A DNA stretch of 32,000 bases from Candidatus Kuenenia stuttgartensis (GCF_900232105.1 NZ_LT934425.1:2640001-2672000); one strand, 5' to 3'. Numbered from the stretch's first letter, positions 6,381 through 14,610 are shown. Notes: generated by a model not told the origin, from the sequence alone. A program made the numbers and translations.

Positions 6381-8879
6381 TTACCCCTGTGTATTCAGTT
6401 TAACGCAGCCCTTTTTAATTCCTTCTTCTGCTTTTGCAACAGAGACGATGTCTTGTGCGTCGCCCTTCTTCTGCAGGAATGCCCTTAAAAAATAAGGACA
6501 TATGATAGAGGTAAGCACGATTACCATAATAGCAGAGGAAAATACGGCGCTGTTAAATATTTCCATATCTCTGCCTATTCCTGCAAGTATTAGAGTCCCT
6601 TCCATCTTTATCGCCATACCTATGCCTATAGTCAAACGATTTACTCCGCGCTCAATCGGGCAAACGCTGCAAAACATCTTTCCTGCAATAGCGGCACCCG
6701 TTATAGCAAGTCCGAGGATCGCTGTATTTACATGTAAAAAACTCATTAGATCAACCTGCGCCCCCACTTTAACAAAAAGTATTGGCACTATAATCTTATA
6801 AAATGGCCTTATAAAAGATTCAATAGTACGATATTCTTCTTCGTCGAATTCGTCGGAATCACTTAGTTTTACATTCCGCAGGAATAACCCTGCAACAAAT
6901 GCCCCTATTACTGTATGAAGCCCAATTGTTCCAGTCATAAAGGCTAACAAGAGGCACAAAACTATTACAATAGGAATATTTAATCCCTCTTTAGCTCTTT
7001 TCGTTAAAAAGCTGCCGAATTTTTCGCTATATCTCAAAATAATTACTAACGCAATGGTAAGGAAAGAAATTGCGATACACACGCTAACTAAAATATGCAG
7101 GAAAGAATTCCCTTCACGAGCGACAAATCCGCTAACGAGGCCGAAGGATAAAATAACCATGATCTCTGTAAGAACGCCGGCACCGATGAGTATCCTTCCT
7201 TCCAGGGTATTCATAGCCTTTAATTCGCCTAAAATTGCCGTTAATAATCCCATTCCTGTACTGGCCAAAATAATTGCTAAAAGCATCTTTGTACCATTTG
7301 AGGCATCAGGAAGGAAGAAATGCCCTGCCACAAGACCCAGTCCGGCAGGGACGATAATACCGCCCATGCACACCAGTAAAGAGGAAGCCCCTGCCCGTAA
7401 TAACATCCTGATATCGGTATGAAGCCCTGCGGTAAAGAGAAGTATCAACGTTCCAAAATATGATATCATCTTTAAAAAGGGCATTGTCTTGAGAAATTCG
7501 AAAAAATCCCCTCCGGTAAAGATATAGATATTGCCTAACACTAGTCCTGCCAATAGATTACCCACTACCGAAGGCAACTGAACGTTTTTTGCCAGCAATT
7601 CTCCTATCTTGGCAGCAATAAGTATTATGGCGATGGCAAGGATCACACTATGGGATGGATCTTTGTGCAATATATCCCAGGCAGGCCTTGAAACTCCCTC
7701 TTCTTTCACAGTGTCTAAGCGGTGTTCTTCTGAAGCTATTCCTGTTGTTGATTCATCGGTATCCTTTGTTGGCAGTCCAGCATCTCTCTCTTCATTCACC
7801 TGAGAAGAACCTTCAATATGCGTAAACGGCAACAACTCCAAGGGGATAGTTGGCGCTCCGCGTTCTACATCATGCGATGGCTTATCCTTTTCTATCGGAA
7901 CCAGTGATTCTTCTGTGTGAGCGGATGCAGCAGGATATTCCGGAGTTGGAACAGGCATGGCGGAGATGGCGCCTTTTTCTTCAGCATCTCCCGGAGTCGC
8001 TGTAATTATAGCATGCTGCGGCTCAATTTCCTCTATCGATGACTCATCTCCGGGATGCTCTTCTGTTCCATGAGGAGTTTCGTTTTCAATAGGAATCGCC
8101 TGAGATAATTCTACTTCCGGAGATGGCGTGTGGATTTCCCTTTCTTCCTCAATCAAAGACTGCCCATGGACAGTGGGTGTAACAGGTAGAATCGGCATTG
8201 GTGTAACAAGTGTATTATCTTGTGCCGTGGTATCCGAAAGTGCCTCTTCTGCAAGAATATCAGTATCGCTGCGACTCTCTGTAGTGATGGCATGCTGTGG
8301 CGGAACCTCTTTTATCGATGATTCTTCTTCAAGATGCTCTTCTGTTGCATGCGGAGCGCTTATCTCAATAGGAATAGCCTGAGATAATTCTCCCTCTGGC
8401 GATGGTGTTGGTGTATGGATTTCCTTTTCTTTTTCAACCAAAGAGTGCCCATAGCCCGTAGGTATAACAGAGAGAATCGGTGTTGGCGTAGCCATGATAT
8501 TATCTTGCTCTGTGGTATCCGAAAGCGCCTCTTCTGTGGGAACAATCGGCCGGTCATCTTCATTGGGGTGTGCTATTTTCTGCGGATACTTATTTTCTTC
8601 ATGTTCAGAAATAATATAAGGTTCTTCTTTTTCTGTTATGATATTGTTGCTATTACTATCCGGCGTTTGAATGGGCTTATTGCCCCCTGCAGTAGTCTGT
8701 GTACCATTTTCTTCTACCGTTAAAGAATCTCTTTCTTTTTGAGTGTCGATATGGATCGATTGTGAATCATTGGAAGGTTCCAAATGCTTCGCTTCTAATT
8801 CCGGCGTACCTAACATAATAACACAGAACAGGGATATGAAAACTATAAGAAAAGCCAGGCTGGATTTGTAGCTACTCAT
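6381..8879 (-). CDS. Paralogous cation:proton antiporter (CPA2/Kef-type) with a signal peptide and a shorter acidic repeat ectodomain
   Basis: 832 aa with the same architecture as 2395-5487. It has the signal peptide MSSYKSSLAFLIVFISLFCVIMLG, an ectodomain with two repeat units, and a 432-aa membrane domain. By my hand count 71 of the first 100 aligned membrane-domain residues match copy 1. Confidence 0.85.
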   Translation of the reverse strand: MSSYKSSLAFLIVFISLFCVIMLGTPELEAKHLEPSNDSQSIHIDTQKERDSLTVEENGTQTTAGGNKPIQTPDSNSNNIITEKEEPYIISEHEENKYPQKIAHPNEDDRPIVPTEEALSDTTEQDNIMATPTPILSVIPTGYGHSLVEKEKEIHTPTPSPEGELSQAIPIEISAPHATEEHLEEESSIKEVPPQHAITTESRSDTDILAEEALSDTTAQDNTLVTPMPILPVTPTVHGQSLIEEEREIHTPSPEVELSQAIPIENETPHGTEEHPGDESSIEEIEPQHAIITATPGDAEEKGAISAMPVPTPEYPAASAHTEESLVPIEKDKPSHDVERGAPTIPLELLPFTHIEGSSQVNEERDAGLPTKDTDESTTGIASEEHRLDTVKEEGVSRPAWDILHKDPSHSVILAIAIILIAAKIGELLAKNVQLPSVVGNLLAGLVLGNIYIFTGGDFFEFLKTMPFLKMISYFGTLILLFTAGLHTDIRMLLRAGASSLLVCMGGIIVPAGLGLVAGHFFLPDASNGTKMLLAIILASTGMGLLTAILGELKAMNTLEGRILIGAGVLTEIMVILSFGLVSGFVAREGNSFLHILVSVCIAISFLTIALVIILRYSEKFGSFLTKRAKEGLNIPIVIVLCLLLAFMTGTIGLHTVIGAFVAGLFLRNVKLSDSDEFDEEEYRTIESFIRPFYKIIVPILFVKVGAQVDLMSFLHVNTAILGLAITGAAIAGKMFCSVCPIERGVNRLTIGIGMAIKMEGTLILAGIGRDMEIFNSAVFSSAIMVIVLTSIICPYFLRAFLQKKGDAQDIVSVAKAEEGIKKGCVKLNTQG
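7968..8531 (-). repeat. In-frame tandem repeat, 2 units (95 + 93 aa), homologous to the 279-bp repeat of the paralog
   Basis: Unit 2 (EALSDTTAQDNTLVTPMPILPVTPTVHGQSLIEEEREIHTPSPEVELSQAIPIENETPHGTEEHP...) matches unit 3 of the paralog at 64 of 65 residues. The antisense ORF at 8128 shares its first 40 aa with those at 4127 and 4406. Confidence 0.85.
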
Positions 8880-9033
8880 AAAAGCATTATAGGCGAAAAA
8901 ACTTTCTGCATGGATAGAATTAAGAACAACAGCGTCAATATATTTGCATTATAAAACAGGAAACATCTTAAATACAGAAAAAGTTTAGCAAGGGTTCAAT
9001 ATATTTTTAATTGGGGTATTTACCTGAATTTGT

Positions 9034-9160
9034 GTAACTATTCAGCGTAAACGATACACGGCTCGTTCCCAAACCTTGTACTGAACATAGTGAAGTATCT
9101 GTTTGGGAACGAGTTGCGCTCTTATCTCCGGTAGTTTAATAAATTACACTGAATAGTTAC
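9034..9160. mobile_element. 127-bp MITE (family 2) with 12-bp terminal inverted repeats and an 8-bp target-site duplication
   Basis: The termini are GTAACTATTCAG (9034-9045) and CTGAATAGTTAC (9149-9160). GAATTTGT flanks it at 9026-9033 and 9161-9168. The paralogous upstream region at 5628-5650 reads ...CCTGAATTTGTTAAGTATTGC with one GAATTTGT and no insert, so it is an empty site. There is an internal hairpin CGTTCCCAAAC...GTTTGGGAACG. Confidence 0.8.
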
Positions 9161-9302
9161 GAATTTGTTAAGTATTGCTAAATATTTTAATGATTTTGTG
9201 TTTTATGCCCTTGATAAATTGATTTTAGATGATTATACTATGTCTCATTTCTTTGTTGGAAAGGGGTATTATTTCTTACTGTTTAACTTTCGTTAAAACT
9301 TT

Positions 9303-9330
9303 TTGACTTTTTCATAAATAGTTCTATAAT
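9303..9330 (+). promoter_or_regulatory. Sigma70-type promoter candidate for nuoA
   Basis: TTGACT (9303-9308), a 16-nt spacer, then TATAAT (9325-9330). The nuoA ATG is at 9340, only 9 nt after the -10 box, which implies a leaderless or near-leaderless transcript. Confidence 0.55.
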
Positions 9331-9339
9331 CCCGGTCAA

Positions 9340-9693
9340 ATGATACAATATCTGCCCATTTTAATTTTATTCTTTGTAGCACTCGGTTTTGCACTAACCA
9401 ATGTAGGGATTTCAGAGATCCTTGGCAGGAAAAAACCATCCGAAGAAAAACTTACTCCTTACGAATGCGGCGTTGAGCCGGTGGGGTCCGCGCACGAACG
9501 TTTTTCCGTAAAGTTTTACCTGATTGCAATGCTTTTTGTTGTATTTGATATAGAGGTTATCTTTATGTATCCATGGGCAGTTGCCTTTAAGTCATTAAAG
9601 CTTTTTGGATTCATTGAAATGGTGATATTTATTGGCATATTGCTTATTTGTTATTTATACATTTGGAAAAGGGGGGGATTGGAATGGGAATAG
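9340..9693 (+). CDS. nuoA: NADH:quinone oxidoreductase subunit A
   Basis: 117 aa with three hydrophobic segments. Conserved ...[36 protein letters not shown]. First gene of the nuo series. Confidence 0.93.
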   Translation: MIQYLPILILFFVALGFALTNVGISEILGRKKPSEEKLTPYECGVEPVGSAHERFSVKFYLIAMLFVVFDIEVIFMYPWAVAFKSLKLFGFIEMVIFIGILLICYLYIWKRGGLEWE

Positions 9694-10151
9694 AGAGCCA
9701 TCTGGGTGATAATATTCTGACAACCACCTTGACAACAATGGTAAATTGGGCAAGAAAATCCTCTCTTTGGCCAATGCCCTTTGGTTTGGCTTGTTGTGCA
9801 ATAGAGATGATGGCCGTTGTAGCGCCGCGTCATGACCTTGCACGTTTCGGCGCCGAAGTGTTTCGATTCTCTCCGCGGCAGTCAGATCTAATGATTGTTG
9901 CGGGTACGCTTACCTATAAAATGGCCTCAGTGGCGAAGAAGATATACGAACAAATGCCTGAGCCTAAATGGGTTGTTGCGATGGGCGCTTGTGCTGTTTC
10001 CGGGGGGGTATTTAACACGTACAGCGTTGTACAGGGACTTGAACAAGTAATACCGGTGGATGTTTATCTTCCGGGCTGTCCGCCGAGACCCGAGGCGTTG
10101 ATTCATGCTATCATGGAAATACAGAAGAAAATCCAGAAAGGATCACTATAA
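9684..10151 (+). CDS. nuoB: NADH:quinone oxidoreductase subunit B (N2 cluster subunit)
   Basis: Motifs [24 protein letters not shown] and LPGCPPRPE are present. I prefer the ATG at 9684 (GGGGGGA upstream, 10-nt overlap with nuoA) over the track start at 9648. Confidence 0.92.
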   Translation: MGIESHLGDNILTTTLTTMVNWARKSSLWPMPFGLACCAIEMMAVVAPRHDLARFGAEVFRFSPRQSDLMIVAGTLTYKMASVAKKIYEQMPEPKWVVAMGACAVSGGVFNTYSVVQGLEQVIPVDVYLPGCPPRPEALIHAIMEIQKKIQKGSL

Positions 10152-10175
10152 AAGAATATTTCAAAGTATGCCGCG

Positions 10176-10676
10176 ATGAATAATGATTCAATTATTACAT
10201 TAGTGAAATCTCATTTCCCAGAAGCGATAACCGATTGTTATGATTTTCGTGGGGAATTGACGTTTGTTATAAAAAAAGAACACATTATGCAGGTAGCTGA
10301 GTTTTTTAAGAAAAACGAGGAGCTTGAGTGTGATTATTTGTCCGATGTATGTGGCGTTGATAAAATTGAAACAAATGGTGTTTTTGAGGTAGTATATCAC
10401 CTGTATTCTATGCAAAAGAAACACAGAGTGCGTCTTAAAGTTCCCGTTCCCTCTGATAATCCAACCATTTCAACTGTTACTCATATCTGGAAAACGGCAA
10501 ACTGGCACGAAAGAGAAACTTATGACATGTTTGGCATTCAGTTTCAGGGTCACCCCGACCTGAGGAAGATACTCATGCCGGAAGATTTTGAAGGCCATCC
10601 ATTGCGGAAAGATTATCCCATAGATGGAAGACAGCCTGCGAGCCTGAGAGCTATCTACAGAAAGGATGAAGCATGA
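10176..10676 (+). CDS. nuoC: NADH:quinone oxidoreductase subunit C
   Basis: 166 aa with the conserved WHERETYDMFGIQFQGHPDLRKILMPEDFEGHPLRKDYP. Confidence 0.92.
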   Translation: MNNDSIITLVKSHFPEAITDCYDFRGELTFVIKKEHIMQVAEFFKKNEELECDYLSDVCGVDKIETNGVFEVVYHLYSMQKKHRVRLKVPVPSDNPTISTVTHIWKTANWHERETYDMFGIQFQGHPDLRKILMPEDFEGHPLRKDYPIDGRQPASLRAIYRKDEA

Positions 10677-11863
10677 CTACGGCTACTTCCGCAAAAACCA
10701 CTCATATGATGTCCATCAATATGGGACCCCAGCATCCGAGTACTCATGGCGTGCTCCGGTTAATACTCGAGATGGATGGCGAAACCATTACAAAGGCGGC
10801 GCCTGATATTGGATTTCTGCACAGGGGCGTGGAAAAACTAGCAGAATACAAGACATATCATCAATTCATTCCCCTTACCGACCGCCTTGATTACGTGGCG
10901 CCTTTCTCAAATAATTTAGCGTATGCGCTTGCGGTTGAAAAATTAATCGGCGTTGAAATTCCCGAAAGAGCGCAGCATATAAGGGTTATGCTTTGCGAAC
11001 TTACAAGGATATCTTCCCATTTATTGTGGCTGGCCACGCATGCCCTTGATTTAGGGGCAATGACGGTTTTCTTTTATTGTTTCCGCGAACGGGAAACGCT
11101 TTACGATATTTTCGAGATGGTTTCCGGTTCGAGAATGAATCTTTCCTATATACGGATTGGCGGTGTTGCGCACGATTTGCCCGGAGGTTTTCTGAAAAGC
11201 GTTGAAAAGTTCGTGAATGAATTTCCTTCAAAACTGAAGGAATATGAAATACTATTAAAAGATAATCCGATTTGGAAAAAACGCACAATTGGCGTTGGTT
11301 ATATTTCCCCGGAAGAAGCGATTGATTACGGGTTGAGCGGGCCGAGTTTAAGAGGTTCCGGGGTGGACTGGGACGTAAGAAAGGCAGAACCTTATTCCAG
11401 TTATGACAAATACGATTTTAACGTTCCACTGGGAGTGCATGGCGATGTGTACGACAGATACCGTGTGCGTATTGAGGAAATGATTCAAAGCAACAACATT
11501 GTTAAACAGGCCTTGGATATTCTTCCGAAAGGAGATCACATTGCCCATGCCCCGGCTGTTGCATTGCCGGCAAAAGAAGCGGTGGAAACAAACATGGAGG
11601 CTATGATTCACCATTTTAAATTAATTACCGATGGCATTTGCCCGCCAAAAGGCGAAGTCTATTCATGTGTGGAAGCCCCGAAAGGGGAATTGGGATTTTA
11701 TATCGTCAGCGACGGTTCGAACCGTCCCTATCGTTTAAAAATCAGGCCGCCGTCTTTTGTAAATCTTGAGGCGTTGCCAAAAATGGTGGAAGGAAAGATG
11801 CTGCCCGACGTCGTTGCCGTAATCGGGAGTTTAGATATAGTTTTGGGTGAAATTGATCGTTAA
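10673..11863 (+). CDS. nuoD: NADH:quinone oxidoreductase subunit D
   Basis: 396 aa with NMGPQHPSTHGVLRL and RLDYV motifs. It has an ATGA overlap with nuoC. Confidence 0.95.
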   Translation: MTTATSAKTTHMMSINMGPQHPSTHGVLRLILEMDGETITKAAPDIGFLHRGVEKLAEYKTYHQFIPLTDRLDYVAPFSNNLAYALAVEKLIGVEIPERAQHIRVMLCELTRISSHLLWLATHALDLGAMTVFFYCFRERETLYDIFEMVSGSRMNLSYIRIGGVAHDLPGGFLKSVEKFVNEFPSKLKEYEILLKDNPIWKKRTIGVGYISPEEAIDYGLSGPSLRGSGVDWDVRKAEPYSSYDKYDFNVPLGVHGDVYDRYRVRIEEMIQSNNIVKQALDILPKGDHIAHAPAVALPAKEAVETNMEAMIHHFKLITDGICPPKGEVYSCVEAPKGELGFYIVSDGSNRPYRLKIRPPSFVNLEALPKMVEGKMLPDVVAVIGSLDIVLGEIDR

Positions 11864-11871
11864 AAACAAAA

Positions 11872-12366
11872 ATGGCTGAAACAAATATACAATCCGCTGA
11901 GAATGAAGCATTATATCTTTCTAAGACAGAAGATGTTTTAGAAAAGTATAAACACGGCAGGGGCTCGCTCATTCCCATCTTGCAGACGATACAGACGGCA
12001 TATGGTTATTTGCCGGAGAAGGTTGTTGATTTTGTTTCGGAAAGATTGAATATAAGCGTGAATGAGATAATCGGTGTTGCGACATTTTACGCCCAGTTTC
12101 ATATGAGACCACGCGGCAGGCATATCATTAAGGCATGCAGCGGAACTGCATGTCATGTAAAAGGCGCAAAGCAAATTATTGAAAAACTGGGCAAAAAACT
12201 GGACATTCCTGTAGGGGAGACAACAAAAGATACAATGTTTACCCTCGAAGAGGTGGCTTGTTTGGGCGCCTGTTCGCTTGCGCCGGTTATAATGGTGGAT
12301 GAAGATGTTTATGGCCAACTGTCGCATAATACCGTTGGGAATATAATAGACGAGATAAAGGGTTAG
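11872..12366 (+). CDS. nuoE: NADH:quinone oxidoreductase subunit E ([2Fe-2S] N1a)
   Basis: 164 aa with Cys pattern ACSGTACHVKGA ... ACLGACSLAPV (C-x4-C ... C-x3-C). Confidence 0.92.
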   Translation: MAETNIQSAENEALYLSKTEDVLEKYKHGRGSLIPILQTIQTAYGYLPEKVVDFVSERLNISVNEIIGVATFYAQFHMRPRGRHIIKACSGTACHVKGAKQIIEKLGKKLDIPVGETTKDTMFTLEEVACLGACSLAPVIMVDEDVYGQLSHNTVGNIIDEIKG

Positions 12367-12416
12367 AGCTTGTGGGTAGTTTCTTTGCATTTTTTGCAGT
12401 ACATTTAATTCCCAAA

Positions 12417-12633
12417 TTCCAAGCTCAATTTATACACTACAAATTATAAAGAGCAATAAAGTAAGATAAATCAATGTCTTTTCGACTAATTGAATTCTTT
12501 AAACATGTTATGTATAGTGTATATTGTATACACTACACGAATAGTTTATGTTTTTATTAAAGGAAGCGAAAACTATTGAATATACAGGCTTTCCGCATAT
12601 ATATTCAATGTAGTGTATAAAATTAGCTTCGAA
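12417..12633. repeat. Nested inverted-repeat element (MITE-like, or two abutting ~105-bp units) in the nuoE-nuoF gap
   Basis: The outer arms are TTCCAAGCTCAATTTATACACTACA (12417-12441) and TGTAGTGTATAAAATTAGCTTCGAA (12609-12633). A central palindrome GTATAGTGTATA-TTG-TATACACTACAC (12512-12538) reuses the TATACACTACA core, giving four copies (two per orientation). Confidence 0.55.
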
Positions 12634-12652
12634 GTCAGGTTAATTGTGAAAT

Positions 12653-12710
12653 CCGAAGTTGCCAGTCTACAGACTGCCGACTGGAGACTGCCGGTTGCAG
12701 GTTGCAGATT
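12653..12710 (-). repeat. Degenerate heptamer tandem array (AATCTGC-like, reverse orientation)
   Basis: On the + strand: CCGAAGT|TGCCAGT|CTACAGA|CTGCCGA|CTGGAGA|CTGCCGG|TTGCAGG|TTGCAGA. The reverse complement reads AATCTGC|AACCTGC|AACCGGC|AGTCTCC|AGTCGGC|AGTCTGT.... Confidence 0.5.
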
Positions 12711-12759
12711 TTCTTATTTGTTTGGTTCTGGCTTGTCCTTGTTGAGGAGTTTCTGCTAA

Positions 12760-14610
12760 ATGGTTCTTGACGAAAGGTCTGAAGGTTCAAAAGTGGATGC
12801 AATGCCCGCCAGGGCCAGGATAATTGTTGGCATGGGAACATGTGGCATTGGCGCTGGCGCGAGGGGGGTATTAAAAAGTATCGAAAGCGAACTTGCCAAA
12901 CAACAGATTCAGGCGGATATTGTTCATACAGGGTGCATTGGTTTATGTTCCTATGAAGTACTTGTTGATATAATAATCCCTGGCCGTACCAGGGTAACGT
13001 ATAAAAATGTGAAGCCGCAGACCGTCCCTCTGTTATTGGAGGAACACGTAAGAAAAGGGGAAATTGTTAAAAACCATGTATTGTCTCAAATGGTTGCGGA
13101 AGAGGGGTGCGAAGAGCCATATCCGCTAGTTCCTTTTTTTGATGAACTGATCATTAATAGACCGCAGCGCAAGCAGATTTTGAGGAATTGCGGCTACATT
13201 GACCCTGATAGCATTGAGGAATATATTGCCCGCGGCGGGTATGAAGCCCTTAAAAAAGTACTAAAGACAATGAGTCCGGAGCAGGTGATTGAGGAAGTGT
13301 CTAAGTCAGGTTTGAGAGGAAGAGGGGGCGGTGGGTTTTCTACCGGCAATAAGTGGGCGTCGTGTGCAAAATATTCTACCGATGAAAAGTTTGTTATCTG
13401 TAATGCTGACGAGGGCGACCCTGGTGCATTTATGGACAGAAGTCTACTGGAGGGTGACCCGCACGCAGTCCTTGAGGGCATGATTATTGGCGGATACGCC
13501 ATTGGCGCAACCAGTGGTTACATATATATCCGTGCGGAATATCCTCTGGCGGTTAGAAGGATTAAGCATACTATTGAGCAGGCAGGAAAATATGGGTTTT
13601 TGGGTGAGAATATTTTGGGCAGCGGATACAGCTTAAATATTTACATAAAGGAAGGCGCAGGTGCTTTTGTCTGCGGAGAGTCCACGGCATTACAATATTC
13701 AATAGAAGGCAAGCGGGGAATGCCGCGCACAAGGCCCCCTCAATCTGTAGAGGCGGGACTGTGGGATAAGCCAACTGTGTTAAATAATGTGGAAACCTTT
13801 GCGAATGTCCCTCTTGTAATGAATAAGGGGGCAGGTTGGTATGCTCAGATGGGAACAGACAAAAGCAAAGGTACGAAGATATTTTCATTAACGGGGAAAA
13901 TAAAACATCCGGGCCTTGTAGAAGTTCCCATGGGCACAACTATCCGGCAAATCGTATTTGATATAGGAGGGGGGATTCCCAGGAAAAGACGGTTTAAAGC
14001 CGTTCAGATTGGAGGGCCTTCCGGCGGTTGTTTGCCTGAATCATTGCTGGATTTTCCTATCGACTACGAATCATTATTGGAAATTGGCGCGATGATGGGT
14101 TCAGGTAGTTTTGTAGTGGTGGATGACGGCACCTGTATGGTGGAAATGGCTCGCTTTTTTATGGATTTTTGCGCACGGGAATCATGCGGAAAATGTCCTC
14201 CATGCAGAATAGGCACAACCCTTATGCTTGATATACTTACGCGGATTACTCAGGGAATGGGTGAAGAGGGCGATATTGCAATGCTTGAAGAGATGTGCGG
14301 AGAGGTGAAGACCATGTCCCTTTGCGGTCTTGGGCAATCAGCGCCCAATCCAATCAAGTCCACTTTGCGGTATTTTAAAGACGAATATATCGCTCACATC
14401 AGAGACAAAATTTGCCCCACCGCCACATGTACGGCGTTGCACAGGTATGAGGTTATCCCCGATAAATGCACTAAATGCCAGGTCTGTATACGTAATTGTC
14501 CTGTCAAAGCAATCAGTGGCAGCAAGACGGAAGTTGCTTTTATTGATAAAGCAAAGTGTATTAAATGTAATGTGTGTTACGAAAAATGTAATTTCCTGGC
14601 AATAAAATGA
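12760..14610 (+). CDS. nuoF: NADH:quinone oxidoreductase subunit F, extended form (extra N-terminal thioredoxin-like ferredoxin-type domain and C-terminal 2x[4Fe-4S] ferredoxin domain)
   Basis: 616 aa. The core has GLRGRGGGGFSTGNKW (FMN/NADH) and ESCGKCPPCRIG (N3). The C-terminus has CTKCQVCIRNCP and CIKCNVCYEKC. The ~110-aa N-terminal extension contains GMGTCGIGAG ... TGCIGLCSYE. GAGGAG lies 10 nt before the ATG at 12760. An alternative ATG at 12802 is possible. Confidence 0.9.
   Translation: MVLDERSEGSKVDAMPARARIIVGMGTCGIGAGARGVLKSIESELAKQQIQADIVHTGCIGLCSYEVLVDIIIPGRTRVTYKNVKPQTVPLLLEEHVRKGEIVKNHVLSQMVAEEGCEEPYPLVPFFDELIINRPQRKQILRNCGYIDPDSIEEYIARGGYEALKKVLKTMSPEQVIEEVSKSGLRGRGGGGFSTGNKWASCAKYSTDEKFVICNADEGDPGAFMDRSLLEGDPHAVLEGMIIGGYAIGATSGYIYIRAEYPLAVRRIKHTIEQAGKYGFLGENILGSGYSLNIYIKEGAGAFVCGESTALQYSIEGKRGMPRTRPPQSVEAGLWDKPTVLNNVETFANVPLVMNKGAGWYAQMGTDKSKGTKIFSLTGKIKHPGLVEVPMGTTIRQIVFDIGGGIPRKRRFKAVQIGGPSGGCLPESLLDFPIDYESLLEIGAMMGSGSFVVVDDGTCMVEMARFFMDFCARESCGKCPPCRIGTTLMLDILTRITQGMGEEGDIAMLEEMCGEVKTMSLCGLGQSAPNPIKSTLRYFKDEYIAHIRDKICPTATCTALHRYEVIPDKCTKCQVCIRNCPVKAISGSKTEVAFIDKAKCIKCNVCYEKCNFLAIK

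Noticed and set aside
9648-9683. Upstream extension of nuoB ([12 protein letters not shown])
   Set aside because: It lies entirely inside nuoA. The ATG at 9684 has a G-rich RBS and gives a typical NuoB N-terminus.
12635-12841. 68-aa - strand ORF across the nuoF start
   Set aside because: It overlaps the heptamer array and the nuoF 5' end. Its composition is driven by the repeat.
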